This document shows positions 13,975-26,500 of a stretch of DNA of 64,000 nucleotides, in pieces. Below the pieces are notes generated by a model. The model saw only the letters and a program-made list of their open reading frames with translations. It was not told the DNA's origin and searched no databases. Both the position numbers and the translations under genes were made by a program. The stretch is from NCBI GenBank assembly GCA_965113315.1, contig OZ220363.1; one strand, 5' to 3'. The stretch comes from Podarcis vaucheri (taxonomy: Eukaryota). Each line of letters starts with the position of its first letter. Position 1 is the first letter of the stretch.

Positions 13975-16868
13975 TAAGTAACATTAAAGAAACTTGTCAC
14001 TTTTCTCCAAACAGTGATGATGTGGCTTAACTACTCACTCAGGTGTCAACTCCTTCATGATCAATAATGCTTGCTACGAGAAGCACTCCTGGATGTGCAG
14101 CAGCTGACCAATGTTTATGCAACAAAGCATTTAAAGGAAATGCACACAGATTGTTTCTGATACCCAACTGTAGCAAAACTGGAGCGGAGCAGAAATCGGC
14201 AAGCATTGTTTGCAGACAGTAGGAGGATGTCAACTTAAAGCATGTGGTTGTTTGCTGTTTCAAGGAAATGTCATTGAAGTAAAAACATTTCACTTGATAG
14301 AGAAGTCCTGCCTCCTGAATGGACAAAGCCATAATTCAGCTGCAGAGGCAAGGTGTTAGCGAGGGGGTAGGGCTAAGGGCTTACCATTGTGTTTCTGATC
14401 ATTCTCATGTGGTAAAAAATCCCTGTCCCCTGAAGTAAGCCCTGTGGCGAATTGTGCTGCTGACATTTGCTTCTTTAGAAAAGGTCAGATTGAGCAAGAC
14501 AATATCATGGCAGCGCAAAGGAAAAGAAGTTCAAACCTTCCATAGAGGAATTGATGCCATAGAGGAATTGATGGGAGTATCTGGGCTTTTCACAGCACAA
14601 TCCTAGGCATCTTCTGAGAAATAATTGAGAGATTTCACACTGATTCACACAATCTTCCCTGGGCCTTTTTTCAAATTAGTTTCACTTTACTGTGCATTTG
14701 TGTGTGTTAAGAGTGCACTATACAAAATACTCAATAAAATACTGTTAGAAATAATTGCAGCTTTATAGTATGGTCATGTAATATACAGACCTTCCTCTCT
14801 TCTTTTTCTTGTAAAGGCTATTTCACCCTAAAAAGAATTCTTCTGAGACAGGTCTTCTGTGCACCGGTTTTAAACCTGAAGTGGCTCATAATTAGTCTAC
14901 TTAGATCAGGGGTGCCCAAACTTTTTTCAAAGAGGACTAGATTTGATGTGAGGGCCGACCAAAGTTGTTGAGCTTTTTTACCACAAAGTTCTTAAGCCTT
15001 TTTTTAGGATTGAAGTTTAACCCAAAGTTGCTGAGCTTTTTCTTGGATTTTATCCCAGGGCATCTACTGCCATGGGGGCTGGATTAAATCGACTGGCAGG
15101 CCGGATTAGGCCGCCGAAACAGAAAAAAGAGAGAGAAAATAGTAAGAACATGTCCCCAGTAAGAGTATTGCTGTTATGCATGTTATGTCTAGATTGCAGG
15201 TAGTCTGGATTCCAGGAGATCTTCCCATTAGTGCTGATGGGGCAGCTTGAAATACTTTCCCAAAGGACTATTGTATCTAGCAATTATATCAGTGCACCTT
15301 GTCAGTCTGTTACAGTTACTGAATAAAGCAGAAACATATTTTATTTTATTGTTGAGAAGCACCCAAGCAAACTTCTTACAAGTCCTGAGGTATAAAATAT
15401 GTCTGGGGTTTTTTAAGTACTTTTGGTATGAGCTGAATAGACTGACATGAATGAAATCTGGGAAGAAGGAAGAGCATTATAGCTTTTCATGAAAAAAAGC
15501 ATACAAAGGTAGTCATTCTTCATTATGAAAACTGAAATATTAAGAAACCAGGTCATTTATTAAGAAACCAGGTCATTCACTTAAAATATATCAGGAGTAA
15601 ACCTTTTCTAGTTTATTATACTGTGTCAATCTTGATTCAAAATTGCTGTAATACTGGGTTGCAAACTCCATCTTTAAAATTGTATAAAATATGCTGGATT
15701 TTATTTTATTTCTTTTGCTCTGTATAGCATAGGGAAGATATATACAGACTTCACAATGAAATCTTTTTTTAAGTGTTCTGATCTCCTGCTGTTCCTCCAC
15801 TCCAAAGTGAACAAAAATGGCATTTTAAAGAACAGTGTTATTTGTCCACAGCTGGAATTAATCCAGAGTCATTAGTGGTAGCCAAGAACTGCAAGTTTCC
15901 AAAGGGGAAATTGACAAGCTTAGCAAATGTCACGGAAAGGTCTCCAGCACAGAGATGCTATGCCCAAAGAAATGAAGAATTAGAAAGGGCCTTCTTGTGT
16001 AAATGGTTCATGTTCAGCTTCTAAAATGCTTGCTGAAATGTAGAGCTACCACTGCAAATTTAGCGTGAACACCTGATTTTTCTTCCCCTTTGGCATTCTG
16101 TGAAACCAAGCCAAAAAAATCCATGATTTATGACTGAAAAACGCCTGGGGGAATCTCATTTTAATTTTTAGTACTTAGGCCTGGTGCTAAATAATAAATT
16201 GAGGAACAATGAGGGCCTATGTAAATGAAATGGACATACCATGAAGGTTGTCTGAAATTACTCTCTATGGTAGCCTTTCTCCACATAGGAAGGTTTCAGC
16301 ATGCAGTGCAGCACCTCACAGAAGGGGGATGTTTCTCCATCTCACTGCAAACTTACAAAATGATTGTTGTGGATTGAAGAAAACCACCTGATTGGCACAA
16401 TGACTGGCTGCCATGATACATAGATACAGTCATCATGGGAAACAGTTGAATTAAAGGTTCTCTGACCCCTATTAAAACTGGGCTGGTAGTAAGTGAACTG
16501 CCACACCTACAGATGCCAGGCTTGTTTGGGGCAAGTGTTTCACAATGTATACTTCATATCCACACATCATGATAAGAATTGGGTGCTGCAAGTGGATTGT
16601 TTCATGCAATCTAACTGAAATTTATAACCGACCTGCTGCTGAATGCTATTTTGGCACCTGTTTATAGAAGGTGCGGTATTGGTCATCTACAAGGAAACAG
16701 ATTTCTAAGTGGCATCTCCTATGGCAGTGGCTTAACAGATGAAGACAAAAGAGAAGGGCATTTTAAATTATATGTATATCATTCTAAATGGTGCATGCCA
16801 TCAATAATCTTAAACAGATTTTTTTTTTGAAACCATGATATGAAGAAGAGAATGAAACAAAAATGGTA

Positions 16869-17037
16869 CCGTATTTTTTGCACCATAACACTTACTTTTT
16901 TCCTCCTAAAAAGTAAGGGGAAATGTCTGTGCGTGTTATGGAGGGAATGCATACGGGTGGCATGCCTACGGATTTTCCTCCTCTAGAAATTACGTGCGTG
17001 TTATGGTCGGGTGTGTGTTATAGAGCGAAAAATACGG
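16869..17037. mobile_element. Mariner/pogo-like MITE
   Basis: ta|ccgtattttt...aaaaatacgg|ta with extended imperfect TIRs (cataacac/gtgttata). Confidence 0.75.
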
Positions 17038-17137
17038 TAATCTGATTAGCATTTTAGCATCAAATCAGTGTATTCAATGACCATTTCTATTCAATTCCCT
17101 GCTTCTGTTTCTGAAAAAATGTATTTTGTCCATATCT

Positions 17138-17428
17138 TAGGCTTGCCATATGTTAGGAAAATGCCTGACATGTCCTGGTTTTCGGGTGTAAAAATGGTGT
17201 ATGGGGAGAATTTTGCTGAATTGGCAAAATGTCAGGGGAAACCTGGATGTATGGCAACGTGATGGAAAAAGCAGTGAATACAGTTCCAAAAAGCTTAAAA
17301 TCACTATTTTGGGAAAGGCAATTTGGGTTTGTTTTCCAAAAAAGTTCAATAATTTTGTGGTCTTCCTAAAAAAGCCCAAGAACTTTGCAGGTGTCAGGAA
17401 TTTTACTTTTTGAAGTAGGGCAACCCTA
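17138..17428. mobile_element. hAT-like MITE (TAGGGTTGCC...GGCAACCCTA type); shorter relative at about 20393-20506
   Basis: taggcttgccata...gggcaacccta imperfect TIRs. Confidence 0.55.
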
Positions 17429-17898
17429 CCATATCTGTACTGTGATCTGATGATATATTTTTTTGTGGAACACTTATAAAGTGCTTAAAATACACTCAGC
17501 AATGTTAGAAGTTTGATGGAAACGGGGATGTGACTGCACAAACCTATGAACCTGCTTTTTTTCCCAGTAGGACAAAATCTACAGTCATGTCACTATTTGA
17601 TTACATAGATGAACCTTCAAAAGAAAAAGTGTTGCCCCATTTTTTTTCACTTCATGATGGGATTTCTCTGTACAAAATGAACATGTGCAGCTTCTCAGAA
17701 ATCCCAAGAGACTGTGGGAACTACCCATTTTTTCCTTTGCAGCATCAGGGTCATGCAAATTATGAGATCTCTTGACTATAATTCTTTTTCAAATGTTCAA
17801 AGGAACATAAAGCTAGTAAAGGTTAAAGTAACCACTTTAGGTGTAAGATATGACACTAAGGTCTACTTTAACATCCTGCTGGTGCTTTGCTATTGCAG

Positions 17899-18130
17899 AG
17901 ATCGAATGAGAACCTCTGTCAATGTTGTGGGAGATTCCTTTGGAGCTGGCATTGTCTATCACCTCTCCAAGGCAGAGTTGGAAAACATTGATGCCCATCA
18001 CAAAGGGCACGAAGATATTGAAATGACCAAGACACAGTCCATTTATGATGACATGAAAAACCACCGGGAAAACAACTCAAACCAGTGTGTTTATACAGCC
18101 CACAACTCTGTCATAATAGATGAGTGCAAG
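17899..18130 (+). CDS. SLC1A2: SLC1A2 exon 10 homologue ([24 protein letters not shown]...SVIIDECK)
   Basis: ttgcag acceptor, AAG|gtacct donor, 232 bp; TM8 DRxRT motif. Confidence 0.97.
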
Positions 18131-18169
18131 GTACCTTTCACATTTATGGATATTGAGACTTGCATCTAG
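18131..18169 (+). CDS. SLC1A2: SLC1A2 GLT-1b/EAAT2b C-terminus by read-through into intron 10 ([12 protein letters not shown])
   Basis: In-frame continuation past the exon 10 donor; ends in DIETCI, the known GLT-1b PDZ-binding terminus. Confidence 0.92.
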   Translation, partial: VPFTFMDIETCI

Positions 18170-20981
18170 TCAATCATACCTCATCTTCCTTTGTTTTTTA
18201 ACCTGTATGTATTTTTTTAAAAAATGTATCACTAATAATGGGACAATGCTGCATGCTATGTTGGTCAGATTAAAGACATGGGTACATATATTGTTTGCTT
18301 TCTTTGAGTATTTAAATTGCTAATGCATGCCATGTTTACAAATAACATTGTGTTCTACAGGGTGTTTTGGAAGGCAGTGCAATGCAATGGGGAATATTGT
18401 CCAGTTAAGCATTCTTATAGCTTCCCATTACAAGAAAGGTTGCAAATGCAGTTAATAAGGCCTATAGATAAATAGGAGAATTGATGTGGCAATTGGAACG
18501 GTTAAAACTACCTAAAAACAAACAAACAAAAAATCTCCACCATTTTCTCCTCCAGATCATAGCAATTCTGTTGCCTTTGTGTGTTTGGAGAATCCATGAT
18601 GGACCAGCTACCACATTTAAAGCCCTGCTGAGTAGCTGTAGCCTGAGGCAGGAGGCTTTCCCTCTCTGTTGGCATCTTCTTTTTCTTTCCCTCCCCTCTC
18701 ATGGACTGCAGTTGGGGGAGGGGGGTCAACAACACCAATTCCAGGGGTGACATAGTTTGGGAGCTTTTGGGGGAGTGTGTCAGGGGAACTAGGGGACTTA
18801 GAATCCTGTAGGTCCATGACCTCCCCCAACATGCCTCCTGAACTCCATGTTTCAGACCACACCAACGGCGGAACACCACTAACAGGCCATACCAGAGGAT
18901 CTCCAGCATCATAAGTGTTATTCTGCTGGAGGGCTTCTCTTTCCACTGGTGGAATGGCACTTCCTTCACTTCTTCTCATCCCTCGGCCAACCAAATGTGA
19001 TTTTGGCTTTTTAAATGATATTTAAAAGTGACAGTTCAGAGCGCAAGATAGTTAACTGTTTGGAAACAGAAGTTCAGTCGAATCCAGAAATTTTTCTTGT
19101 GCATCCCGCAGGGAGGAGCAGAAGCAACACAAAAGTAATTTGTTTCAGTGGGTTATGTTCCAGGAGCCTGCCATTTTCCCGAGTAGAAAAAGGCAGAAAT
19201 TGGAAGCACACTTCCTTGCTTCTTTTGAAATCAACGGCAGATACTTCCAAGTGAACGTAATTAAGATCAGGCTGTAAGGAAACTGGAGGAGAAAACATGA
19301 AGCTGTTTCTATTTATATACAGTTAGGGGGAGCAAAGATATGCACAAGAAAGAAGCACATTCTCATGCTTCCCCTGACACCCAAATAAATGCAAAGCCTG
19401 TCCTTTTGTGGATCGATGCTTTCCATGACACACTGTGGAGACACATGCACTGTACCTCGTCCTCAGCAACTGAGAGCTCTTGCGCTCGCCATAATATTTA
19501 TGCTTTATTTCCATTTTCATTGTGGGCCATTCCAATGCCATTTTTGTGATTTCTGTCTATTGCTGTTTGTAAATTACTTGGTTCAAGAAGAGATTATAAC
19601 AAGAATTGACCTGACCAAGAGTTACATGAACTTGAGGAAACTCCATGGCTGAATGAGAAACTAATTTGGATGCTTTGCATCTTGCTTCCAAACTCATCCT
19701 TGTGGACGCATCACTGTTGTTTAGCATGATATCTGAATGCAGCCATTGGCGAGACTGGGCCTGGCTGGAGAATTGAACAGAACAAACATTTTTCTTTAGG
19801 CAGATCTACAGTTTTCCCTAATGTGCTGTCATTAAAGGATTGCCATAGCCATTTCAGATTTTGATTAATGTTTCAGCTGGATAGTCATCAAGCTCACTTA
19901 CTTGATACTGATATTTTTAAGTCCCAGTAGGGAGAACAGAGGAGAGAAACCATTGATGGCTGCGTACAACATCAGGTTTCTAAAATCACACAAGTAATTT
20001 AAAAATAACAAAGCTTTGCCTGTAACTAAAAACAATTTGACAGAAAGGCTTTATAAATATGCCAGTTCTAAAGAAAGGCACCATTGCTCTGACATTATGC
20101 CTAGGACCTGAGTTTATTTCTCTGAAGTAGGCATCTACTGTTTTAAACATTTCTCAGATCACATAGTTATGTATAATAATAAAGTGCAGAAGAATCCCAT
20201 GGTTAAAAAATTGAGCCCCTTTGAGTTAAGCACATAGTTCAGTCATGCTCATTTAAATACTGTATATTGAAAATCTGGACAGAAAAGTTGTTGAGCCTTT
20301 TAAAAATTATTATTTTAAGTTTTGACCAAACTTTTTGAGTCTTTTTGCATGCAAAGTCTCAACAAACATCGCCGAAAACGACAATGCCAACAGGGGTTGC
20401 CATATGTTTGGATTTCCCCAGACATTTCAGCGATTCCTGCCCAGACTCAGTTTCCAACTGCTGATTGCCAGCTATGTACAGGAAATTCCAGACACATGGC
20501 AACCCTATTAAATTTGTCTGGATTATTCCTGATAAGTTTAAAAAATTACAAGCAGTGCAGAAAAGTATGTGAATGAAATTGTAGAAAATGCCCTGCAAGA
20601 GAGAAGTTTGCTGCAACTCTGGTCAGTGGTGGTTGTTGTTGTTTCTTTGTCTCAAGTATTAATATAATGACATGTCATTTCTACTTAATATACTAAACAG
20701 CTTCCTAGTTTGATTGCTTTGCACAGCTAATGTATGCTTTATTAGCAAGCTATGTCGATTGTTGTTGCATGGGCTGTTTTTCTGTATTATTATTTTTTAA
20801 AATCACAATTCACATTACTTCCTTTGCAAACTAACCTATAATTTCAGTTCCAAATATGTGGTGTATTCTGTTCTTTATAATGCATGTGTTTCCCTTTTAA
20901 TTATCTAAGAAAGAGGCTGGCTTTGTTTCAAACATGGGTACATTGTCATGCTTTCATGTCCCAATGCTCCCATGCGTCCAG

Positions 20982-21017
20982 TTTGTCCATCATGTGGAAT
21001 ATCAGTCCTGTCTTTAA
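20982..21017 (+). CDS. SLC1A2: SLC1A2 GLT-1c-like alternative terminal exon (FVHHVEYQSCL*)
   Basis: gcgtccag acceptor in phase 0, then TTT GTC CAT CAT GTG GAA TAT CAG TCC TGT CTT TAA. Resembles the mammalian GLT-1c end SLHYVEYQSWV (recalled). Not in the ORF track. Confidence 0.8.
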   Translation, partial: FVHHVEYQSCL

Positions 21018-21851
21018 GTTTTCATGCGAAGCTGAGGACAGTAACATGAAAGGTAAGCTAGGAAATAATGGGGTTCTGTTTAGAATTAGATGAAAGACTC
21101 CCTTACTATGTAAAGGTCCAGTTCATTTCTGCCCAGTCAAACAAGCACATTGGCCATTTTGGCTTATCTAGCCATGCATAGCACATCTCCACTGGGGGGA
21201 AAAGGTGGCGCATGGCTGGCTGTGGGGTTGTTGTTTTTTTCCTTTAGAAAAAATATTGACTGCTGAGATGTTGCTTACAAGCCAGTATTTCCCATGGAAT
21301 GATTTACCATTCTTGGTCTTCCACAATTGTTATCAAGTTAACATTGAAGTGTGAACTTTTAACTGAGACTCTGATATGGCTGTTTGTGTAAAATGAAGCC
21401 TTGTTAAGTATGGTTTGACTCAGTTCTAAGTGCACCTTCAACATTACACGATCGGACACAGTAGTGAACAATGATGTTTCCCAGCAGGTCCTTGCGGAGG
21501 ATCAATTCTGCCGTTTGCTACTTAGCTTTTTGTAACATACGTGCATATGTATGTGTGTATGATTCACATATACCGGTATGTGTAACTCTGTGCACATCGG
21601 GCCTATAGACCTGATTTCTCAACATTCTGCTTTGCGGACAGAGCACTATTGTAATTTTGAGTTCTTCCTGCAGATTGAGAAACATTGAAAGGGCAGAACT
21701 GATTCAGTACAAAATAAAAACACGTATGTATATTTTCACACATGGATTTAATGTAAATCTTGTAAATATTCAGTTTTGCTGTTTAATTCTTGACATTTCT
21801 CGCAAAAGTGCCTTGATCTTTAAGTTAGGTGTTGATGACAATTATTTACAG

Positions 21852-21926
21852 GTCACCCTGGCAACAAACGGCAAATCTGCAGACTTCAATGCTGTTGAAG
21901 AAGAACCTTGGAAACATGAGAAATAA
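21852..21926 (+). CDS. SLC1A2: SLC1A2 GLT-1a terminal coding exon (VTLATNGKSADFNAVEEEPWKHEK*)
   Basis: tttacag acceptor; resembles human [23 protein letters not shown]. Confidence 0.96.
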   Translation, partial: VTLATNGKSADFNAVEEEPWKHEK

Positions 21927-23402
21927 GGAAGGAACAAACCAGGTCCACCTCTAATATGCCCCAGAAGTTGTCTTGTGGTAAAAGCTGGTATCAAGATTCA
22001 AGAAGATTTTTCACTGTCTTCATTTAGTATAAAAACTATTTGCTTATTTAATGCTCTTAACGGAAACTTAGAAACAGTCTCATAAAGTCATTGCTCCTTT
22101 AGCATCTTTGCCAAATAATTCATAACCATCTCTCTCAATTGTGTCACCACTTGAATGGATGTGGCTGAAGGACACTCTGTCAGTTCAAGAGATGTATTTT
22201 TGCTGGGCTTCCTCTGTTCAACTCAAGACGTAGAGAATGTAGATGCTGCAAAAGAGGAAAGATCAGAAAGGCCCAATGGCTGGTGAGACTCAGGCTAATA
22301 AGCATTAAGTATAATGTAAAAGGTGCAGTATTTTGCAATGCCTCTTCTCCTGCTGTAGATGTCAACCAGCACCTTAGTGCATATCAAATACAGTTAGCAC
22401 TGTGGACTGTAATATATGATCACTGTAAATGTTTTATATGTGCTTTATTAATACGTGGCATATGATATTCTCAGTTCCCTATTATTCATGCCATCCTCAC
22501 ATCGATGGTCATATCCCAGTTCTTTTAACCATCCAGAGCCCCATGCATGCCAGAACTATGTAGTCACCCAGGGGATATCATTTCTGTCATTTCCGTCACC
22601 CAATACTTGAAGATATAGGAAAAATGATTTGCAGTTTATAGTGGTGGGTGGGTGTGAATGCCTGTGTGCACGGTCCCCAAAAATGAATTAATCCCTGGGC
22701 AGCATGTATACATGGCTTGACCATGATTTTTTCTCCAATTGAGTTCAATGGACTGTATTGCCAGTATATAAATTTAGGTGTGGAATATGTAGTTTTCAGA
22801 GCTAATAAACCATCCCAGATTGTATGCCATTCATACTAGCAACTAGCACAATTCTGATTATCGATACAAGTAGAAACATAGACTGCAATATGTGGCTGTC
22901 TCAATCCAGCGACGTCAAAGTACCATATAGATACATATCACTGGTATTTCAGCAGGAAAATCTGCAGCAAGTAATATCTTGTCACCCTTTTGCTGAGACC
23001 TGGGATGGAATAAGGTGCTATTCTTTAGGGATAAAATGTCTGCAAATAAATCACATCTTTTGCATTCATTTTGCTAAAAAGAAACGTAGCAGGTTTAATA
23101 TTGTTTAACAGCTGGAAGCTATTTATACACTGGCGAAAATGTTTTATATGCTTGGTCCTTGTGAACAGAGAACTGAAACGTAAGATATGGTAATAATCTT
23201 GTCAGTTATATCTTGTTTGTACAAATGGGTTTGGGTAAAGAATATCCATTCAGAATTGTAACAGAATTATATTTAGTAATTGTTGTGATGCCCAAACTGC
23301 AATAATTCCTTGACAACCCATCATAAAAGGACACGCTGCCACAGCAAATATCTGCAAGTTGGAGCAAGTTGGAGCAGGAAAGATTTAATCTCTTGTTGAT
23401 AG

Positions 23403-23539
23403 ATCATAGAATTGCAGAGTTGGAAGGGTCAGTGAGGGTCATTTAGTCCAACCATCTGCAATGCAGGAATCTTTTGCCCAACATGGTGCTAGAGCCAAAA
23501 ATATTGAGATAAAGTGTCTCATTCTCTACTAACTGAGCC
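23403..23539 (-). mobile_element. tRNA-Lys-head/CR1-tail SINE in the SLC1A2 3' UTR
   Basis: + strand atcatagaattgcagagttggaaggg...tgcaatgcaggaatcttttgcccaacatg...ctgagc is a reversed tRNA head plus CR1-like tail. Confidence 0.65.
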
Positions 23540-26500
23540 ACTCTGAACATGTTTGCCTTCCTGCAGACATACAGAGTATTATCCTTTACCAAACAGGCAT
23601 GAAGGATTTCCCATAGATTTCAGCAGAATCATGTTTCTCCCTTTTGCTCTCTCTGCATACATGAACGTAACTTCGCAGGCTGAGTCCTAGGAGGACTGTC
23701 TCCCATTAAACCAGCCTGCGCACCCACCCTTCTTGATCACCTTGAATTCTGGATGTCATGTAATTTAACTAAGCGGCCAGAGATGGGGTGGGGCAGGCTG
23801 TGTGGGAGAGCTGTGCTCATATCTTTCATTTCCCAACTAATTTGACGCACTGAAGGGAGAGAGGAGAAACAGCTCTGCTGATTCCTTGACATAAAGGCAG
23901 TGTGCTCTTGTAGGGGAGGAATCTACCAGTGGATTTTTATATTCTGATATTATACTTTTCATGGAACCCTACCCCATCTTTTGTGCACATGCTCATGTTA
24001 ACATCAATGAGGTACCATGGGGATGGCTTACATAGGTATTTCTATTCTTCCCCACATCACTTTATACTTGGCGGCTGCTCAGTGCACAATTAGAATGAGC
24101 AAACAAGGTCCTGAGCCAGCAATGTGATTTCCAGACCCCTGTCTAGGGTAATGGTTTGAGCAACACTAATAAAAAAATACTCCATTGCTTTTATTTTATT
24201 TTATAAACTAGGAAGATGTTCTCAAATTGAAACGGGGATAAATTCCACATGTGTGCAGAGTTAAGATTTTTTGAACGGATATCAACAGAAAGAACACCTT
24301 TTACAAAACTGGGGGGGGGAGGGATTTTTGTATGTTTTATAACTCAGGGAATTTCAATCTTACGATACTCCTTTCCCAACAATATAAAACAGGGAGAGGG
24401 AAGCAACTATTATATTGGAGGCCTGCATATTTTATCTTCTAGATAAATGCTATTACATAATTCTGTTGTGCTAACTGGTCAATTGACTGTCCACAAGTAT
24501 TTCTATTTAATTATGAAGTCTAAATATCCTTAGCTGCCATTTCATAGTTTGCTTAGTCAATATGAATCTAGGTTGCTAAACAAGGAAAAAAATAAAATAA
24601 AAATGAACCCTGTAAGTGGTCACAACACTAACGCACATTCCTTTTTTTAATAGACACTTCTTTCAACTTGCAAAAGTTCTATATTTTCAACATGAATTTG
24701 CACACTATGCTTTTTCCTACTAGCCTGAGGCATGCCATCTTTCGATACTATGTTCCATTCCTCTCTTATTAGGATGCAGCTTCTACCAAGGGGCATGTAA
24801 AATCAACTGTAATCATCTCTGCAACCTAATCTCCCATCTCCAACTGTCCCTTCTGCCCAGACTTGTGATAGTCATCGATACAGAATCAGTGACAGGAAAC
24901 AATTAAAAGTATTATTTGTAGGAAGTTATACGGAAGACCCTGACATTTCACCAACACTTCAAGCTCTTTCCAGCAAGAGTGTGCGTAGTAAGAGCATGTG
25001 TGTGTTTTAGTGCTTTCCCTGCTTAGGCTCAAAACCTTTCCCTTTTAGTTTCAGTCATTCCTGGGCAGGTGAATGCTTAAGTAAGTAGCAGGTGAGAAAC
25101 AATTGTCACTTCATTTGCTTCTCTTGACTAATTTTGCACCAGCACTTTGGATAAAATGATTTCTTTGCTCAGGTCTCACTTGCTCGTCTGCATAATTAAG
25201 AGGGCCTTGCTTTTACCTCTTTGTAGATTCTTTATAAAAGGGATCTAAGATTTCAAAATGCTGATAATCTGCCTCCCATTGTCATCAAGGGAAATGAAGG
25301 AGGGTGAGCACTTTGCATTAGACCTTCTCTAGCATCCCATTCGCTTGAAAAAGGTGACCAGGTTGTAATTTTGTATTGCTCTTGGGTGGCTTGGCTTTGT
25401 TCTTTGGCTAGTACCATTTAAGGACTTCAGAAAATAATTAATGGCATAAGGTGACATCCAGCAGGCGTCATACTCAGAGCAGACCTGTTGAAATTGAGTA
25501 CATTGATTTGCATGGGTCTGCTTGGACTATAACTAATGGGTGGGTACACTTAGGCTCCCTTGCACCTTTGGCAAGGAGACACATCCCCCTCTTACCTTGC
25601 ACCCTTGCAAGAGGATCCTGCACATGTCGCCTGGTCTCCCTGAGCAGGGAAGAAGCAGCCTGGGCAGTGTGTGGACCTGCTGGTGGGCTCCTACTTAACC
25701 TGACCAACCCCTAGATACACCCCTGGGTGGGTATCTTCCTTAGATTTCAAGGACAGCAGGCTGAGGTTTGGTCTTTGCTGGTGGCAATTCCATTGATGTT
25801 CTGCCTTCAATGGATTTCCATAGGACATAATCAGTAATTCATACTTGTATAAGTAAATCTCTTGAGTGTGGGGAAGGATCCAAACTCTTGTGCCCTATTC
25901 CTGTTTACTTTAACCCTTCTCTACATAAGAAGCTGGAGTTTCTCCTTTTCTTCTCATAGCTCCTTGGCTCTCCTCCCCTCTCATTTGTATCTCCTCTAAT
26001 CTTTTCTTCTACCAAATGTCTCACCTGTACTTCTCTAGAGTTTCTCAAAACGAAGAAACAAACAAAAAAGCCCCTCTCTCTTCCTGCCCAGACATGACCC
26101 TGGGCCTGGAACTCCTTCTATCTTTCTCTCGCTCATCATTGTGATACCTGTTATCTCGCAGCTACTAACATTTTTTCAAGCAGCCACTCTAGCCATGTTA
26201 CTCCATCTCTAATGCTCTTCTTTTCTCTACATGGAGAGAGAACTTTATGATGCCTGAACATCAGTGGGCTGGGCAGAGGTTCATTGAGATACATGGGATA
26301 GGTAAGGAAGAAGAGGGAGCTGGTCCTCCATATGTAATGGAGGTATGAAGCAATGAAACAGAATAATGACAGTCCTCCTGTGTTACTGGTCAACACTTGT
26401 CACAATTAAGCGTATTGTTTTCCATTTATTGTCCACACAACTTCAGTGGGGTAGCATTTTATGTCACTATTTGGGTTAAAATGGCTTGAGTTCGGCATAA

